Of a stretch of DNA of 64,000 nucleotides, positions 51,670 through 63,049 are shown piece after piece. The DNA comes from Octopus bimaculoides. Taxonomy: Eukaryota. How positions within the stretch are numbered: the first letter of the stretch is position 1; each line of letters starts with the position of its first letter. Under the pieces are notes generated by a model. The model had not been told where the DNA came from. It was given only the letters and a program-made list of their open reading frames with translations, and ran no database searches. The DNA lies in contig NC_068994.1 of the NCBI RefSeq assembly GCF_001194135.2, forward strand, positions 31,380,840 to 31,444,839, written 5' to 3'. The translations under genes were made by a program, and so were the position numbers.

Positions 51670-51895
51670 AAGGCTGTGAGTTAGCTGAATTGTTAGCACA
51701 CTGAGCAAAATGTTTAATGGTATTTCATCCATATTTACATTCCTAGTTCAAATTCCACTGAGGTTGACTTTGCCTTTCATCCTTTCAGGGTCAATAAAAT
51801 AAGTACCAGTTGAGTATTGGGGAGGGGAGGGAGGTCAATGTAATTGACTAGCCCCCTCCTCCAAATTTCAGGCTTTATGCCTATAGCAGAAAGGA
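51670..51895 (+). mobile_element. SINE family C copy
   Basis: Homologous to 31027-31240. Confidence 0.78.
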
Positions 51896-52023
51896 TTATT
51901 ATTATTATTATTAATATTTATGTTCACAAAATGTATTTCCCATGAAATGAAACAAGTGTAATTACAGAATTAAAAATAATACATTCCAGTCTTTACATTT
52001 ATATAAGTACATACATATATAGG

Positions 52024-52063
<40 letters not shown>

Positions 52064-52099
52064 CATACATATATAGGTTATTTATTATTATTACTATCA

Positions 52100-53900
52100 T
52101 CATCATTTAAGGTCAGTTTTTCATGCTGGCATGGGTCAGATGGTTTGATGGGAGCTGCACCAGACTTCAGTCTGATTTGGCATGGTTTCTATGGCTGGAT
52201 GCCCTTCTTTTGCCTTAGTCAAGGTTATCTCCCAACTTACTGACAGCATCTTTGTCCATGGCCTGTGCAGCTTTCACCTGCTACTCGTCTTGTCTATTTC
52301 TAGCCTCCTCAGAGCCCACCATATCACACAGTGGGGCACTCTATCAAAGGCTTTCTTTAGATCAATGAATGCCAAGAATAATGGTTTATTCTTAGCTAAG
52401 TACTTCTCTTGCAGTTGCCTGACTATGAAAATAGCATCGGTAGTGCTTCTTCCCTGGACAAAGCCAAACTGTATTTCATCTAGCCTAATTCTGCTCCTAA
52501 TTAATCGGGTTATAACTCTCTTCATAATTTTCATCACTTGTTCCAAGAGTTTTATGCCTCTATAATTGCTTCTATCTAAAGCATCACTCTTACCCTTGAT
52601 GCTGCTATGCCAGTCACTGGATATTACACCTTCCTGAACGACCTGATTAACCATGTGGGTGACTAGCCCGTATCTTACCTTACCAGATATATTTTGAGCA
52701 TCTCAGCTGTGATTCCCAATGGACCAGGGGTTTTCCTGGTTTTCACGTTTTTAATTGCCTTATCAACCATACTGCTGTCCCTAGGATAGCCGGGCCCTCT
52801 GTTGAGTTCACATGAGAGAGACTCTCTTCATCCTGTTCGTTCTCTACATTCAAGTCTTGCATAGTAACTTTTCCATGTCTCTTTCTTGTTCACATGACTA
52901 AGTGCAAGCATACCATTATCCATCTGCACACACTTCTCTTCTACAATATCTCAATTCTCACTGACACGCTGTCTAGCTATCTGGAACAATTCAAATCTCT
53001 GAGCTTTATGCTATAGGACTTTGGCAAACCTCTTGTTTTCTGCTTCTACCCTAGCTAGATAGACCTGACATCTAGCCTCTCTTTTAGCTTTCTGATAGGA
53101 TTCCTTGCTACCACCCCCTCTTTTACACTCATTCCAGACCCATCTCTTCTCTTTTATGACCCTTGGTCTGGCAGAGACTTTGCTCCAATAATGAATTTGG
53201 TCTGTTGCTCTTAGCAGATTGTCCTGTAGGAACTTCCAGTTGTCCTCTACATCATATGTCTCGGTGGAGGCACAATGGCCCAGTGGTTAGGGCAGCAGAC
53301 TCGTGGTCTTAGGATCGCGGTTTCGATTCTCAGACCGAGCGTTGTGAATGTTTATTGAGCGAAAACACCTAAAGCTCCACGAGGCTCCTGCAGGGGATGG
53401 TGGTGAACCCTGCTGTACTCTTTCACCACAACTTTCTCTCACTCTTACTTCCTGTTTCTGTTGTGCCTGTAATTCAAAGGGTCAGCCTTGTCACACTGTG
53501 TCACGCTGAATATCCCCGAGAACTACGTTAAGGGTACACGTGTCTGTAGAGTGCTCAGCCACTTGCACGTTAATTTCACGAGCAGGCTGTTCCGTTGATC
53601 GGATCAACTGGAACCCTTGACGTCGTAAGCGACAGAGTGCCAACAACATATGTCTCTATCTCTCTCTCCTTCTCATCATAGGCCTCATTGAGAACATTTC
53701 TAAATTTCTACCTGTCTGAAGGATCCTTGAGTTCCCACAACCTCCTTTTCTATACTGGCTTGTGTCTCTGGATCTTTCTGGTCCTAAGCTTGAACAGTCA
53801 CCAATGACTAGTTTACGTTGAGTTGATTTTGCATTTACAAATATATATCTATCCCTGTGTCTTGTGAGGATGTAGTCAATTTGTGCATTGGTAAAGGTCA
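52100..53900 (-). mobile_element. RTE-clade LINE fragment with 3' tail, interrupted by a SINE
   Basis: ORF 52274-52654: NYRGIKLL, QFGFVQGRSTTDAIFI.RQLQEKY, AFIDLKKAFDRVP; AQIDYIL in ORF 53656-53901; RTE tail at about 52100-52210. Confidence 0.9.
53263..53646 (+). mobile_element. tRNA-derived SINE, family B2, full length
   Basis: A box TGGCCCAGTGG, B box GGTTTCGATTC, and a 10 bp TSD CATATGTCTC (53253-53262 and 53647-53656). Confidence 0.92.
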
Positions 53901-54025
53901 TTTATAACTAAATGTAAAGAAGAAAGTAATATTTTCCATAATAAAAATTTGAATGAAATAAATAACTGAAAATATATTTTTATTGATTTAATTGTTTTTC
54001 TTTGGTTACATCTTTATTTTCTGTT

Positions 54026-54745
54026 TTATTCTGTTTGTGTTTCTTTCTGGCCTTCATCTTCCTTTTCATGCTTAACAAGATGTCTTTTCAGTGAATAATG
54101 ATAAATGTAATATTTTGGACATTTTGTACATTGAAATTTTTTATTTTCACTGTGAGTTTGAGAGTGAGAGTTTAAGCAGGCTCTCTTTACGAACTGTTTA
54201 TTGCAGACTTTGCACTGATACGGTTTCTCTTCGGCATGTAACTTTACATGTGTGGCCAGGTCTGATGCTTCACTGAAGGATTTTGGACATATTTCACACT
54301 GAAATGATTTCTCTTCATGCATCGCGATATGTTGATTGAGTGTGGATTTTTTTGAGAATTTCTTCTGACATATTTCACATTGGAATAATTTCTTCCCAGG
54401 ATATGTTCTGAGATTTGTTTTCAGATTGGTCCTGATGCTAATAGGTAATTTGCATACATCGCAACGAAACTGTTTTCCCCTTGTGCGCTTTTTCATGTGA
54501 CGCCTCAGTTTTGAATGTTCCCTGAGAAATTTGCCACATATATTGCAACGAAATTGCTTTCTTTTCGTTTGAGTCTTGGTGCATTGTTCTCTCAGGCTGG
54601 GATTTTTACAGGAACATTTGTGACAAACATCACATTTTATGGGTTTCTTTTTGTGTTGTAATTTCAGATGGTTTCTCAGCCCTGAAATATAACAGTAAGT
54701 TTTCGGACATTTCTCACACTGAAACAGTTTATCAGTGGAGATCAT
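54026..54745 (-). CDS. C2H2 zinc-finger protein (gene 3), 8 finger repeats, with fingers 2-4 degenerate
   Basis: Open 239 aa ORF. Fingers 1 and 5-8 retain the C2H2 ligands; fingers 2-4 lack one or both His. Minus-strand acceptor ttttctatttcAG at 55049-55050. Confidence 0.88.
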   Translation of the reverse strand: MISTDKLFQCEKCPKTYCYISGLRNHLKLQHKKKPIKCDVCHKCSCKNPSLREQCTKTQTKRKQFRCNICGKFLREHSKLRRHMKKRTRGKQFRCDVCKLPISIRTNLKTNLRTYPGKKLFQCEICQKKFSKKSTLNQHIAMHEEKSFQCEICPKSFSEASDLATHVKLHAEEKPYQCKVCNKQFVKRACLNSHSQTHSENKKFQCTKCPKYYIYHYSLKRHLVKHEKEDEGQKETQTE

Positions 54746-55184
54746 AGCTAAATCCTATTGTGTACAGGTATTCACTGGTAGAAATAACAGACTTCAATGT
54801 AGTCAATATGTCCAAGATTATTCTAATTCTGTGAGTGTATCACGTAAAGAGAATATGTAAATAAACTGTATAACAGACCTCAATAACAATTGATGACAAT
54901 ATTTTTTTGTCAATAGGGTTTACTTAAGATCATCTGTATTTTCAAAAGGTTACTTCAAAAACTTCCAGAGAAGTGATTGATAAATGGCTTTAATTAATTG
55001 TTGCATAGATTTGGTGTTGTTATTGCTGTCTTTTCTTATTTTGAAATCCTGAAATAGAAAAAAATTCTCTGTGTAATATACATACATTACATAACATGCA
55101 CACAGGTGTATGTGTGATATATATGTGCATGTATAGAGAGAGAGAGGGGAGAGAGAGAGAGGGGGGAGAGAGAGAGAGAGAGAG

Positions 55185-55393
55185 AGCTCAAATGTTCTTG
55201 GCTTTAAGAGCTATCGTGAAAGGTCCAGCTGAAGACCCAACTTTCCAAGATCTTTTACAAAGATTAGAAAAACTGATGGACCACTGCAATAAGTGTGTGA
55301 ATCTGAGAGGGGGAATATATTGAATAAAATCACAATTAACTGATCCTATTGTATTTTCTTTTACCCGAAGCCAGGAACTTTTCAGCACCCTCA
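55185..55393. mobile_element. Mariner-derived MITE inside a probable 5' UTR intron
   Basis: TIR gaacttttcagcaccctcata and residual mariner C-terminal codons (KCVNLRG..IE*). Confidence 0.75.
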
Positions 55394-55540
55394 TATATTA
55401 CACACACACACACAGATATATAATAAAATGTTAGTTTGATTGAAGCATTGTATATATATGTGTAACATTGAAAGAGATAGAAGGCTAAACAATGCAAAAT
55501 AGACTGTAAGATGAGGTAACAAAAATTAAAAGTAAGTTAC

Positions 55541-55597
55541 CTGGTAATCTTTGTTGTTTTTTTTATTGTTGTTGCTGTTGTTCTTTTATCAGTCCAA
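55541..55597 (-). other. Probable non-coding 5' exon segment of zinc-finger gene 3
   Basis: Minus-strand donor CAG|GTAACT at 55541/55540 pairs plausibly with the acceptor at 55049-55050. Splicing is inferred. Confidence 0.4.
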
Positions 55598-55599
55598 GA

Positions 55600-56487
55600 A
55601 AGCTGCCAGTAGAGACTGCATTATAGATCAGCCCTTCCCCTTGGTGCTAAAATTGGTTATATAAGAAATGAACTTACATGTATCCAGAATAAATGTAGCA
55701 AGACAGAGGACCAGATCACTCACACTGCACACTTCATAGATGTACTGAAGATGAACAGATACCCAACATCCACAATGAATCGACTTAAGAACTGAAGGCA
55801 ACAGAAGCATAAGACCTCCTCTAACACCTGCTTCATGAAATTACCACATTTCAGTGAAAGCATAATCACAGCAATCAGCAAAGAACTGGACATATAGTTA
55901 GCACACTCCAGCCCTTCTGTACATGAATGCCTGTCTAAAAAGCAATCCAGAAACAACAACAATCAATGCTCGCTGACTAACTGCCCTATCTGTGATAATG
56001 GTATGTGCCAGCAGACACATGTGGCATACCGGATTGAATGCAACAAATGTAAGGAGTTCTACATTGGCAGCATGACTAGAACACTCTACACCTGCATTAA
56101 AGAACATCTCAACACATGCACATCCTCATTCAAAAAACACATTGACAAATGTAGAAACATCAACCAACATATTACCATTACCATTAAAGCCAGTGATAGA
56201 AATGTGGGCAATTAAGGAAGCCTTGCTCATACATAGACTCACCCCACAAATAAATAATAGATCAGAACTTAGCACATGGTACTTGACATAAAAGATACAC
56301 CCACAGGCACACAAACTAAACATCTCATACAAAAAAGAAAATTAATTTCACGAAATATTATGTCATTCATGTGGAAACTGAAATAACCATCAAAAATGCT
56401 TGAAAGCAAAAGAGAGGAAATTGGAACATTATCCAAATAAAGTTTCTTAAACCCTGATGAAGGGACTTCTAGGTCCCAAAATATTGG
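55600..56487 (+). mobile_element. Penelope-like element 3' part (thumb/linker, GIY-YIG, pseudo-LTR with hammerhead)
   Basis: RSALPLGAKIGYIRNEL...LKMNRYP, MKLPHFSE, C.IC....CQQTHVAYRIEC.KC.EFYIGSMTRTL...IKEH; hammerhead motif at 56452-56487. Confidence 0.88.
56452..56487 (+). ncRNA. Minimal hammerhead motif at the PLE 3' end
   Basis: CTGATGA-a-GGGAC-ttctag-GTCCC-AAAA (GAAA with a CpG-type G>A change)-TATT, with palindromic AATATT as the vestigial stem III. Confidence 0.6.
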
Positions 56488-56493
56488 ACAGAT

Positions 56494-59400
56494 TGTAGGC
56501 GCAGCGGGTTTAAGCAAACTGGCACTAGATGGTGTTAGAGTGTGAGATTCTGGCATGAGCCCTTACCACTACCACTTTCTGCATCGAGATACAAGACTGT
56601 GAAGACATAACCTAACTGGTTCTCTGACAACACATGCCAGATAGCAGACAGGAGCAAATGCACAGGAAAAGACTATAGCCTCCACGCATCAGATCATTTT
56701 TATTTATCATCCCGCTTGTATATATATGTATTTAAAATCATAGCCTTGTTTTATATATTCTTTATACTGGGTTTCTTATCAAATGAGATTACGGCCTTCT
56801 GAGTAGAATCACATTAGATGAAATACAACCTATCCTCTAAAATGGTGACCCCCGATGTTCCAGACCACTAAACTAACTAAAATAGTGACACCATGNNNNN
56901 NNNNNACAGGAGCAAATGCACAGGAAAAGACTATAGCCTCCACGCATCAGATCATTTATCCGGAATTTTTCTCCAGAATTCACATGGACAACAAACTTTT
57001 CCTACATGCCAGGTATGAGTTTCTTTCTCTCAACCACCTGGATTATCCACATGTTGGCCATGTTTTGTTCTTTATCCGTTAGCAAGGACTTCTCTTATTT
57101 TCATCCTCTGCTACTAAAAAAAATTTCCTAGTTCACTGCTCATCATGTCTTCTTTCAACTAGAGTGTTTCTTTCAACTAGCTTGTTCTTCGTGGCTTTCC
57201 GTTCCTATTATTGTCCAAGATGAGACATTTTCCTTTGCCTCAATATCACAGAGATGCTAAGATGTGCTTTTCACAACCGGAGTCATTCTTCATTTCTTCT
57301 AATATTCAGTCAGCCCAGAGCAAATTCCACATTGCTCTGACAGGCATTCCTTCTCCCCTTGCATTTTCAGTTCAAGATATGATAACAGAAATGCCATCGG
57401 ATATGACATGCAAAAACTTTCAAAGCTGAGGTTCTCCAGCATAACTCTCTTTTGGTTGAAAGTAAATTTTGCACACTCTTGCAGGATGAGCATCTCGGAA
57501 ACCAAACTCCTACCCAGTTTTTGCAATGAATCTGAGAGTTGTCCGATAGCTCATATGAGGGACAGGCATTTGTCAAACAGTTATTTTTCTCAAGGATACC
57601 TTCTAATGTCCAGTCGATTTTAGCTCCTATGATGGAACATACAGTCCTTGAACAATTCACCGCCTCTGCAGACAGAATTATGGAATTTTCTGGCATACGA
57701 TCATTCGCCGATAACACTGTCACTTCTTTGTCCTTCTCTCAAGATTCTACTATTTCTGCTTCGGACAACACATAATCCTCCGAAATCTCAAGGGCCATTG
57801 GAGAACTGACCCGTCAGGTATCATGCATGTGCAGGAACCATTCATCTTCAAGCGATTATTCTGCAGGGAGGACCAGGCGCCACTCCTCGCACACATGTGC
57901 ACTTCCTGCTCCATCAATCTGCTGGTACCACAGGAAATTCAAGGATCAGGCCGGGAAATGTACACAGTCCTGCTCTTACTCTTCACAGGGAAACTCACCA
58001 GGGAGACGCTGGGCACGTCAGTCATCTCCCCCATCAATTCACCTTAACGTGCATTTTTTTATCAGAGATACCAATTCTTCAAAGTCCTTTATGGTGGATA
58101 CAGGTGCCAGCTTAAGTATCTGGCCTCAAAGGTTTACCTCCACCAATCCTGGTCTTTCTGATATCTCTCTCTATGCTGTGAATCACTCTGCCATCAAAAC
58201 ATATGGACAAATCTCTCTTACAATGGATTTATCACTCTAGGGATTTCAAGTGGATCTTTGTCATCGTGGACCAGCCCTATCCCATTCTTGGTGCAAATTT
58301 CTTAGAAGACGCTGACTCATTGATGATACAACTTCACTCGCCATCTCTGGAAAAGGATTCTTCTGTCCCTGTTGTGAGCCTTTCTTTCTTTGTGGCTGCT
58401 TTGGGTGACTCCTACCAACAGTTACTCGCTTAGTTTCCAGAGTTGACTGATTTGTCATTTCATCCGTCAAATCCAGACCATTCCATGAGACATTTCATCA
58501 CAACCAAGGAACCTCCAGTGTTTTCCTGACCACACCGTTTGTCTCCAAAGAAACTCTGGATCACCCGGCCTGAATTCCAGCACATGCTTCAGCTGGGCCT
58601 CATTCGTCCCTCCACAAGCACGTGGGCAGCACCTTTACACATGACCTAGAAGAATGACGCTGATTTCTGACCGGTTGGAAATTTTAGACACCTTAACACA
58701 GTCACTGTTGCAGATCGCTATCTCCTTCCAAATGTGCTGGATTTTTCATCTGCCCTGCACGGCTGTAAGATTTTTTCAAAAATTGACTGGGTATGCATAT
58801 ACCATCAAATCCCTGTCAACCCTGACGACAGTTGTCACCATGGCTTTTGGAGCATTTGAGTTCTTGTCTATGCCGTTTGGACTTTGTAATGTGGCCCACC
58901 CATTCCAAAGGTTCATCAATGAGGTCGTTTGTGGGTTAGATTTTGTCTTCACGTATGTCGATGACCTTTTAATTGTCAGTGGTACTCTAACACTTAACCC
59001 AACTGTTCAAGCACCTATGTTCCTATGACATGAAGATCAACCTGGCTAAGTGTGTATTCGGTTCTACTAGTTTGGAATTCTTGGGGCATCTCATTGACAC
59101 TGACAGTATTTGTCCACTTCCCTCTAAAGTGGGAGTCATCAAATGCTTGTCTCCTGTTTCCTTAAAACAGCCCAGAAGTTTTATTGCTTTAATTAATTAT
59201 TATCATTACTTCATTCCTAACTATGCGGAGAAGTTGCTTCCCTTGACCGAGCTCTTGAAAGATCAGCGCAAAAAAGACTCCCAGATAACGCTGTCTACTA
59301 CATCCATCCAAGCTTTTGAATCTGTCAAAATCTGATCTTGCTCAAGCATTCTTCCTTACTCATCCTGTTGCAGATGCAAAATTATCACTTTCTGTTGACG

Positions 59401-61648
59401 CGTCATCATCAGCTATTGCTAGAGTTTTAGAGCAATCTGTCAACAGCCAATGCCAGCCATTAGCCTTCTTCTCTCGCCAGCTGAAAAATGCCGAATTAAG
59501 ATACAGTGTGTTTGGTAAAGAACTCTTAGCAATTTACCTGGCGGTGAAGCATTTCTCTTATCTTCTCAAAGGTAGAGATTTCGCAATTTTCACCGACCAC
59601 AAACAGCTAACGTTTGCCAAAATGGACCGGTACTCACCCAGAGAAACAAGGCATTTGGACTACACATCACAGTTCACTAGTGACATTCACCATATCACTG
59701 GCACTGACAACATCCCCGCTGATGCCTTATCTTGCCTGCTCATTGGTGCATTGTCGTTTCCTGCTTTGATTGATTTGGTTGCTATAGCTACTGACCAACC
59801 CTCCTTGGACTTTCGAGATGTCTCTTCACCACAGTTTTCCTGCTGCAAATTTCAACACCTGCTTCTGCCTTTTTCTGAAGGAACTATTCTCTGTGATGTT
59901 TCGTTCCTGAAAATTACTGTTGTGCTGTTTTTGAAACACTGCATTCACTGTCACACCTTAGCATTGCAATCACAGTAAAGCTTATCTCGGCCCGCTTTTT
60001 CTGGCTGAATATGCATCAGTCTATTACTGCTTGGCCGTGTGTCTGTCTACCATGTCAGCGTTCCAAGTTGCATCGTCACGTGAGAGCACCTCTTGGATAC
60101 TTCCAGCCACCAGACATCAGGTTCCATCACATATACATCGATCTGGTTGGTCCTTGGCCAGTCCGTTGTGAATTTACTTGACCTGCATCGACCGTTTCTC
60201 CAGATGGCCAGATGCCATCCCTCTCGTAGACATTTCTGTGGAGACAGTCGCCAGAGCACTCATCTCTGGGTGGATATCTTGTTTTGGAGTACACTCTAGA
60301 AATACTACTGACTGTGGACACCAAATTGAAGCTTGTCTGTTCGGTGAGCTTTCAAGATTGCTTGGAGTTCAGCACATCCACACCACCAGTTTACATCCCA
60401 CCATGAACGATATGGTGGAAAGATTCCACTGACAGCTCAAAGCCGCTATTTGCATGGCTCCTCATCGTTGGTCCAAGTTGTTCCCCATTGTTCTGCTAGG
60501 GTGCCACTCAGCTGTCAAGGAGGATTTAGGCTACTCCTCCACTGAGCTCCTGTATGGCACCACCTTAGCACTTCCTGGACAAATGCTAACCTGCCACTGA
60601 TGCTCCCTCATGACCAGTCTATTTCTTCTACAGTACCTCTGGATATTTCTACCTGGACTCACATGTTTGTAAAAGATGCTGTCAAGGGACCGCTCACACC
60701 TTCCTACACTGGACCATATCATGCTCTTAGAAGCACATCAAAAGAGACTGCCTTTATTGACAGAATAGATAAAAGCCTTTTCTGTAAACATTCATGCCAC
60801 TTGCTGACACACCCATCATTCCACAAACACTGCCACCCCACCCCCACAAGCACCACCTCCACTCACCAAAACACCAACTATACAAACGCATTCTTCACCT
60901 TACAGGACATGTTCTGGCAGATCGGTACATTGGCTGAAGAAATTGTCTCAGACTATTTGCATTTCTTAACTTTGCCTCGCCAGTGACTGTTCCAGAAAAT
61001 AAACTTATGTTGTTATAGACACCGCATTCATATTTTCTCTCTTTCTGTATCATTGTACATATATGCATTGTTTTATTTGATTGGACACCTTCTTTGCTGA
61101 ATGTTTTCCTTGTACATACTTGCATTGTATTTTTTTTTTTAATTTCAATTGTTCATACAACTGTTTTGCCATGGTTCATTCTTCTGTGCCCTCTTGGTGC
61201 ACACTTACTCTGCCTAAACTACTCTTAACTGACCGCTTCTGGTCGAAGGGGTGGGGTGGGGGCTCTGTAGGCGCAATTACCCCCCTTGACAGTGGGTTTA
61301 AACAAACTGGCACTAGATGACGTTAGAGTGTGAGATTCTGGCATGAGCTCTTACCACTACCACTTTCTGCATCGAGACACAAGACTGTGAAGACATAACC
61401 TAACTGGTTCTCTAACAACACATGCCAGATAGCAAACAGGAGCTAATGCACAGGAGAAGACTAAGGCCTCCATGCGTCAAACCATTTCCATTTATCATTC
61501 CACTTGTATATATACATGTGGCCATATTAAAGGTATTTAAAGTTACAGCCTTGTTTTATATATTCTTTATACCGGAGTTTCCTGTCAATTGAGATTACAG
61601 CCTTCTGCATAGAGTCACATTAGATGGAATACAACCTATCCTTCTAAA
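56494..61648 (+). mobile_element. Gypsy/Ty3 LTR retrotransposon, full length but pseudogenised
   Basis: LTRs 56494-56841 and 61266-61648; TSD AGAT (56490-56493 and 61649-61652); tRNA-Trp-type PBS TGGTGACCCCCGATG (56843-56857); PPT 61245-61262. Gag with CWYH..F...A.KC...C, protease VDTGAS, RT YVDD, RNase H VDASS, integrase IDLVGP in Gypsy order; many stops and frameshifts. Confidence 0.95.
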
Positions 61649-62284
61649 AGATAAATGAACAACAGCAACAATAAAAAAAAACAATACAAAGGTTACTAGG
61701 TAACTTACTTTTAATTTTTGTTACCTCATCTTACAGTTCATTTTGCATTGTTTAGCCTGTTTCTTTCAACATTACACATACACACATATATATATCAGGG
61801 GCAAAGGGTGTATGTATGTAACACATGCTCTGCATGCCTTACTATTTCCCCCACCATAAATAATTTTTGTGCAATATATAATTGATTGTTGATAATTTTC
61901 TTTAGATTCATTGTAGTCAAAAAGAGGGACAAAAGAAGAAATGAGTGAGTGAACAAGAAAGAGAAAGCAGATAAAGCAAGCAGGTAAAAATTTGTTTCCC
62001 TTTCCTTTTCTGTTGACAACTTAAACATGGCTGAAAAGTAAGCAGCAAAACCACCTGCTTGCGTTTCAGCTGTGTTAAGTTGTCAACAGAAAGAAAAGGA
62101 AAGGGAAGCAAATTCTTTACTGGCTTACTCTCAGTCATAGTTAGAGCAGTGATGTTATTTTCTTTGTATTCTATTATTTCCGAGAAGGAAGCATCAAAAA
62201 GAGGGGATTTGTGTGCGTGTGTGTGATTAAAAAGTTAAGTTTTCATCCATTCATTCATGTCAAAGTTTTAAAATTTAATTTTTG

Positions 62285-62424
62285 ACATTATTTACATTTG
62301 ACAGATATTTGTCCTCATCTTGTTTGTTGTTAACACAACGTTTCGGCTGAAATACCCTCCAGCCTTCATCAGGTGTCTTGGGGAAATTTCAAACATGGGT
62401 TCTCATTCCTAAGGTATTTTTCAA

Positions 62425-62456
<32 letters not shown>

Positions 62457-62526
62457 TCACTGCCTGGAATCGAACTCGGAATCATGGGGTTAGTAGCCTG
62501 TGTTCTTAACATTACACCATATGCCC
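62285..62526 (-). mobile_element. tRNA-headed SINE with internal (AAT)n and a hammerhead-containing tail
   Basis: Head with A and B boxes (GAGTTCGATTCC), (AAT)n, then ACAC-CTGATGA-aGGCTG-loop-CAGCC-GAAACGTT-GTGT. Confidence 0.85.
62332..62377 (-). ncRNA. Minimal type I hammerhead ribozyme motif with an intact core
   Basis: Stem I GACAC/GTGTT, CTGATGA, stem II GGCTG/CAGCC, GAAA, palindromic AACGTT, cleavage triplet GTT. Confidence 0.78.
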
Positions 62527-62620
62527 TGGGCATAGGGCGTAGTGNNNNNNNNNNNNNNNNNNNNNNNNNNNNNNNNNNNNNNNNNNNGCCCGCGCTCTTA
62601 ACCACTACGCCCTATGCCCA

Positions 62621-62690
62621 GGGCATATGGTGTAATGTTAAGAACACAGGCTACTAACCCCATGATTCCGAGTTCGATTCCAGGCAGTGA

Positions 62691-62744
<54 letters not shown>

Positions 62745-62886
62745 CATCGAAAAATACCTTAGAAATGAGAACTCAGGTTCGAAATTTCCCCAAGACACCT
62801 GATGAAGGCTGGAGGGTGTATCAGCAGAATCGTTGTGTTAACAACAAACAAGATGAGGACAAATATCCATCAAATATAAATAATGT
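62621..62886 (+). mobile_element. Second, inverted copy of the hammerhead-tailed SINE
   Basis: Reverse complement of 62285-62526; its hammerhead (62794-62839) is degenerate (CAGCA-GAAT). Confidence 0.85.
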
Positions 62887-63049
62887 ACATAATTCCTCAT
62901 TTCTTAAATATAGAACTGTTTAATTTTTGAATATATAAAATTATTTAAGAAAGGTTACATAAAAATGCAAACTAACACCTAAATTATCTATTAGCATAAA
63001 GCATTGATTCATTTAAAAAGATTATAACCCAATAGAATTTCTCATGCTT

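Noticed and set aside
56906-56956. Extra copy of an LTR segment (acaggagcaaatgcac...cagatcattt) inside the Gypsy leader
   Set aside because: It starts right after a 10-N gap and is identical to the 5' LTR segment at about 56647-56698, so it is most likely an assembly artefact.
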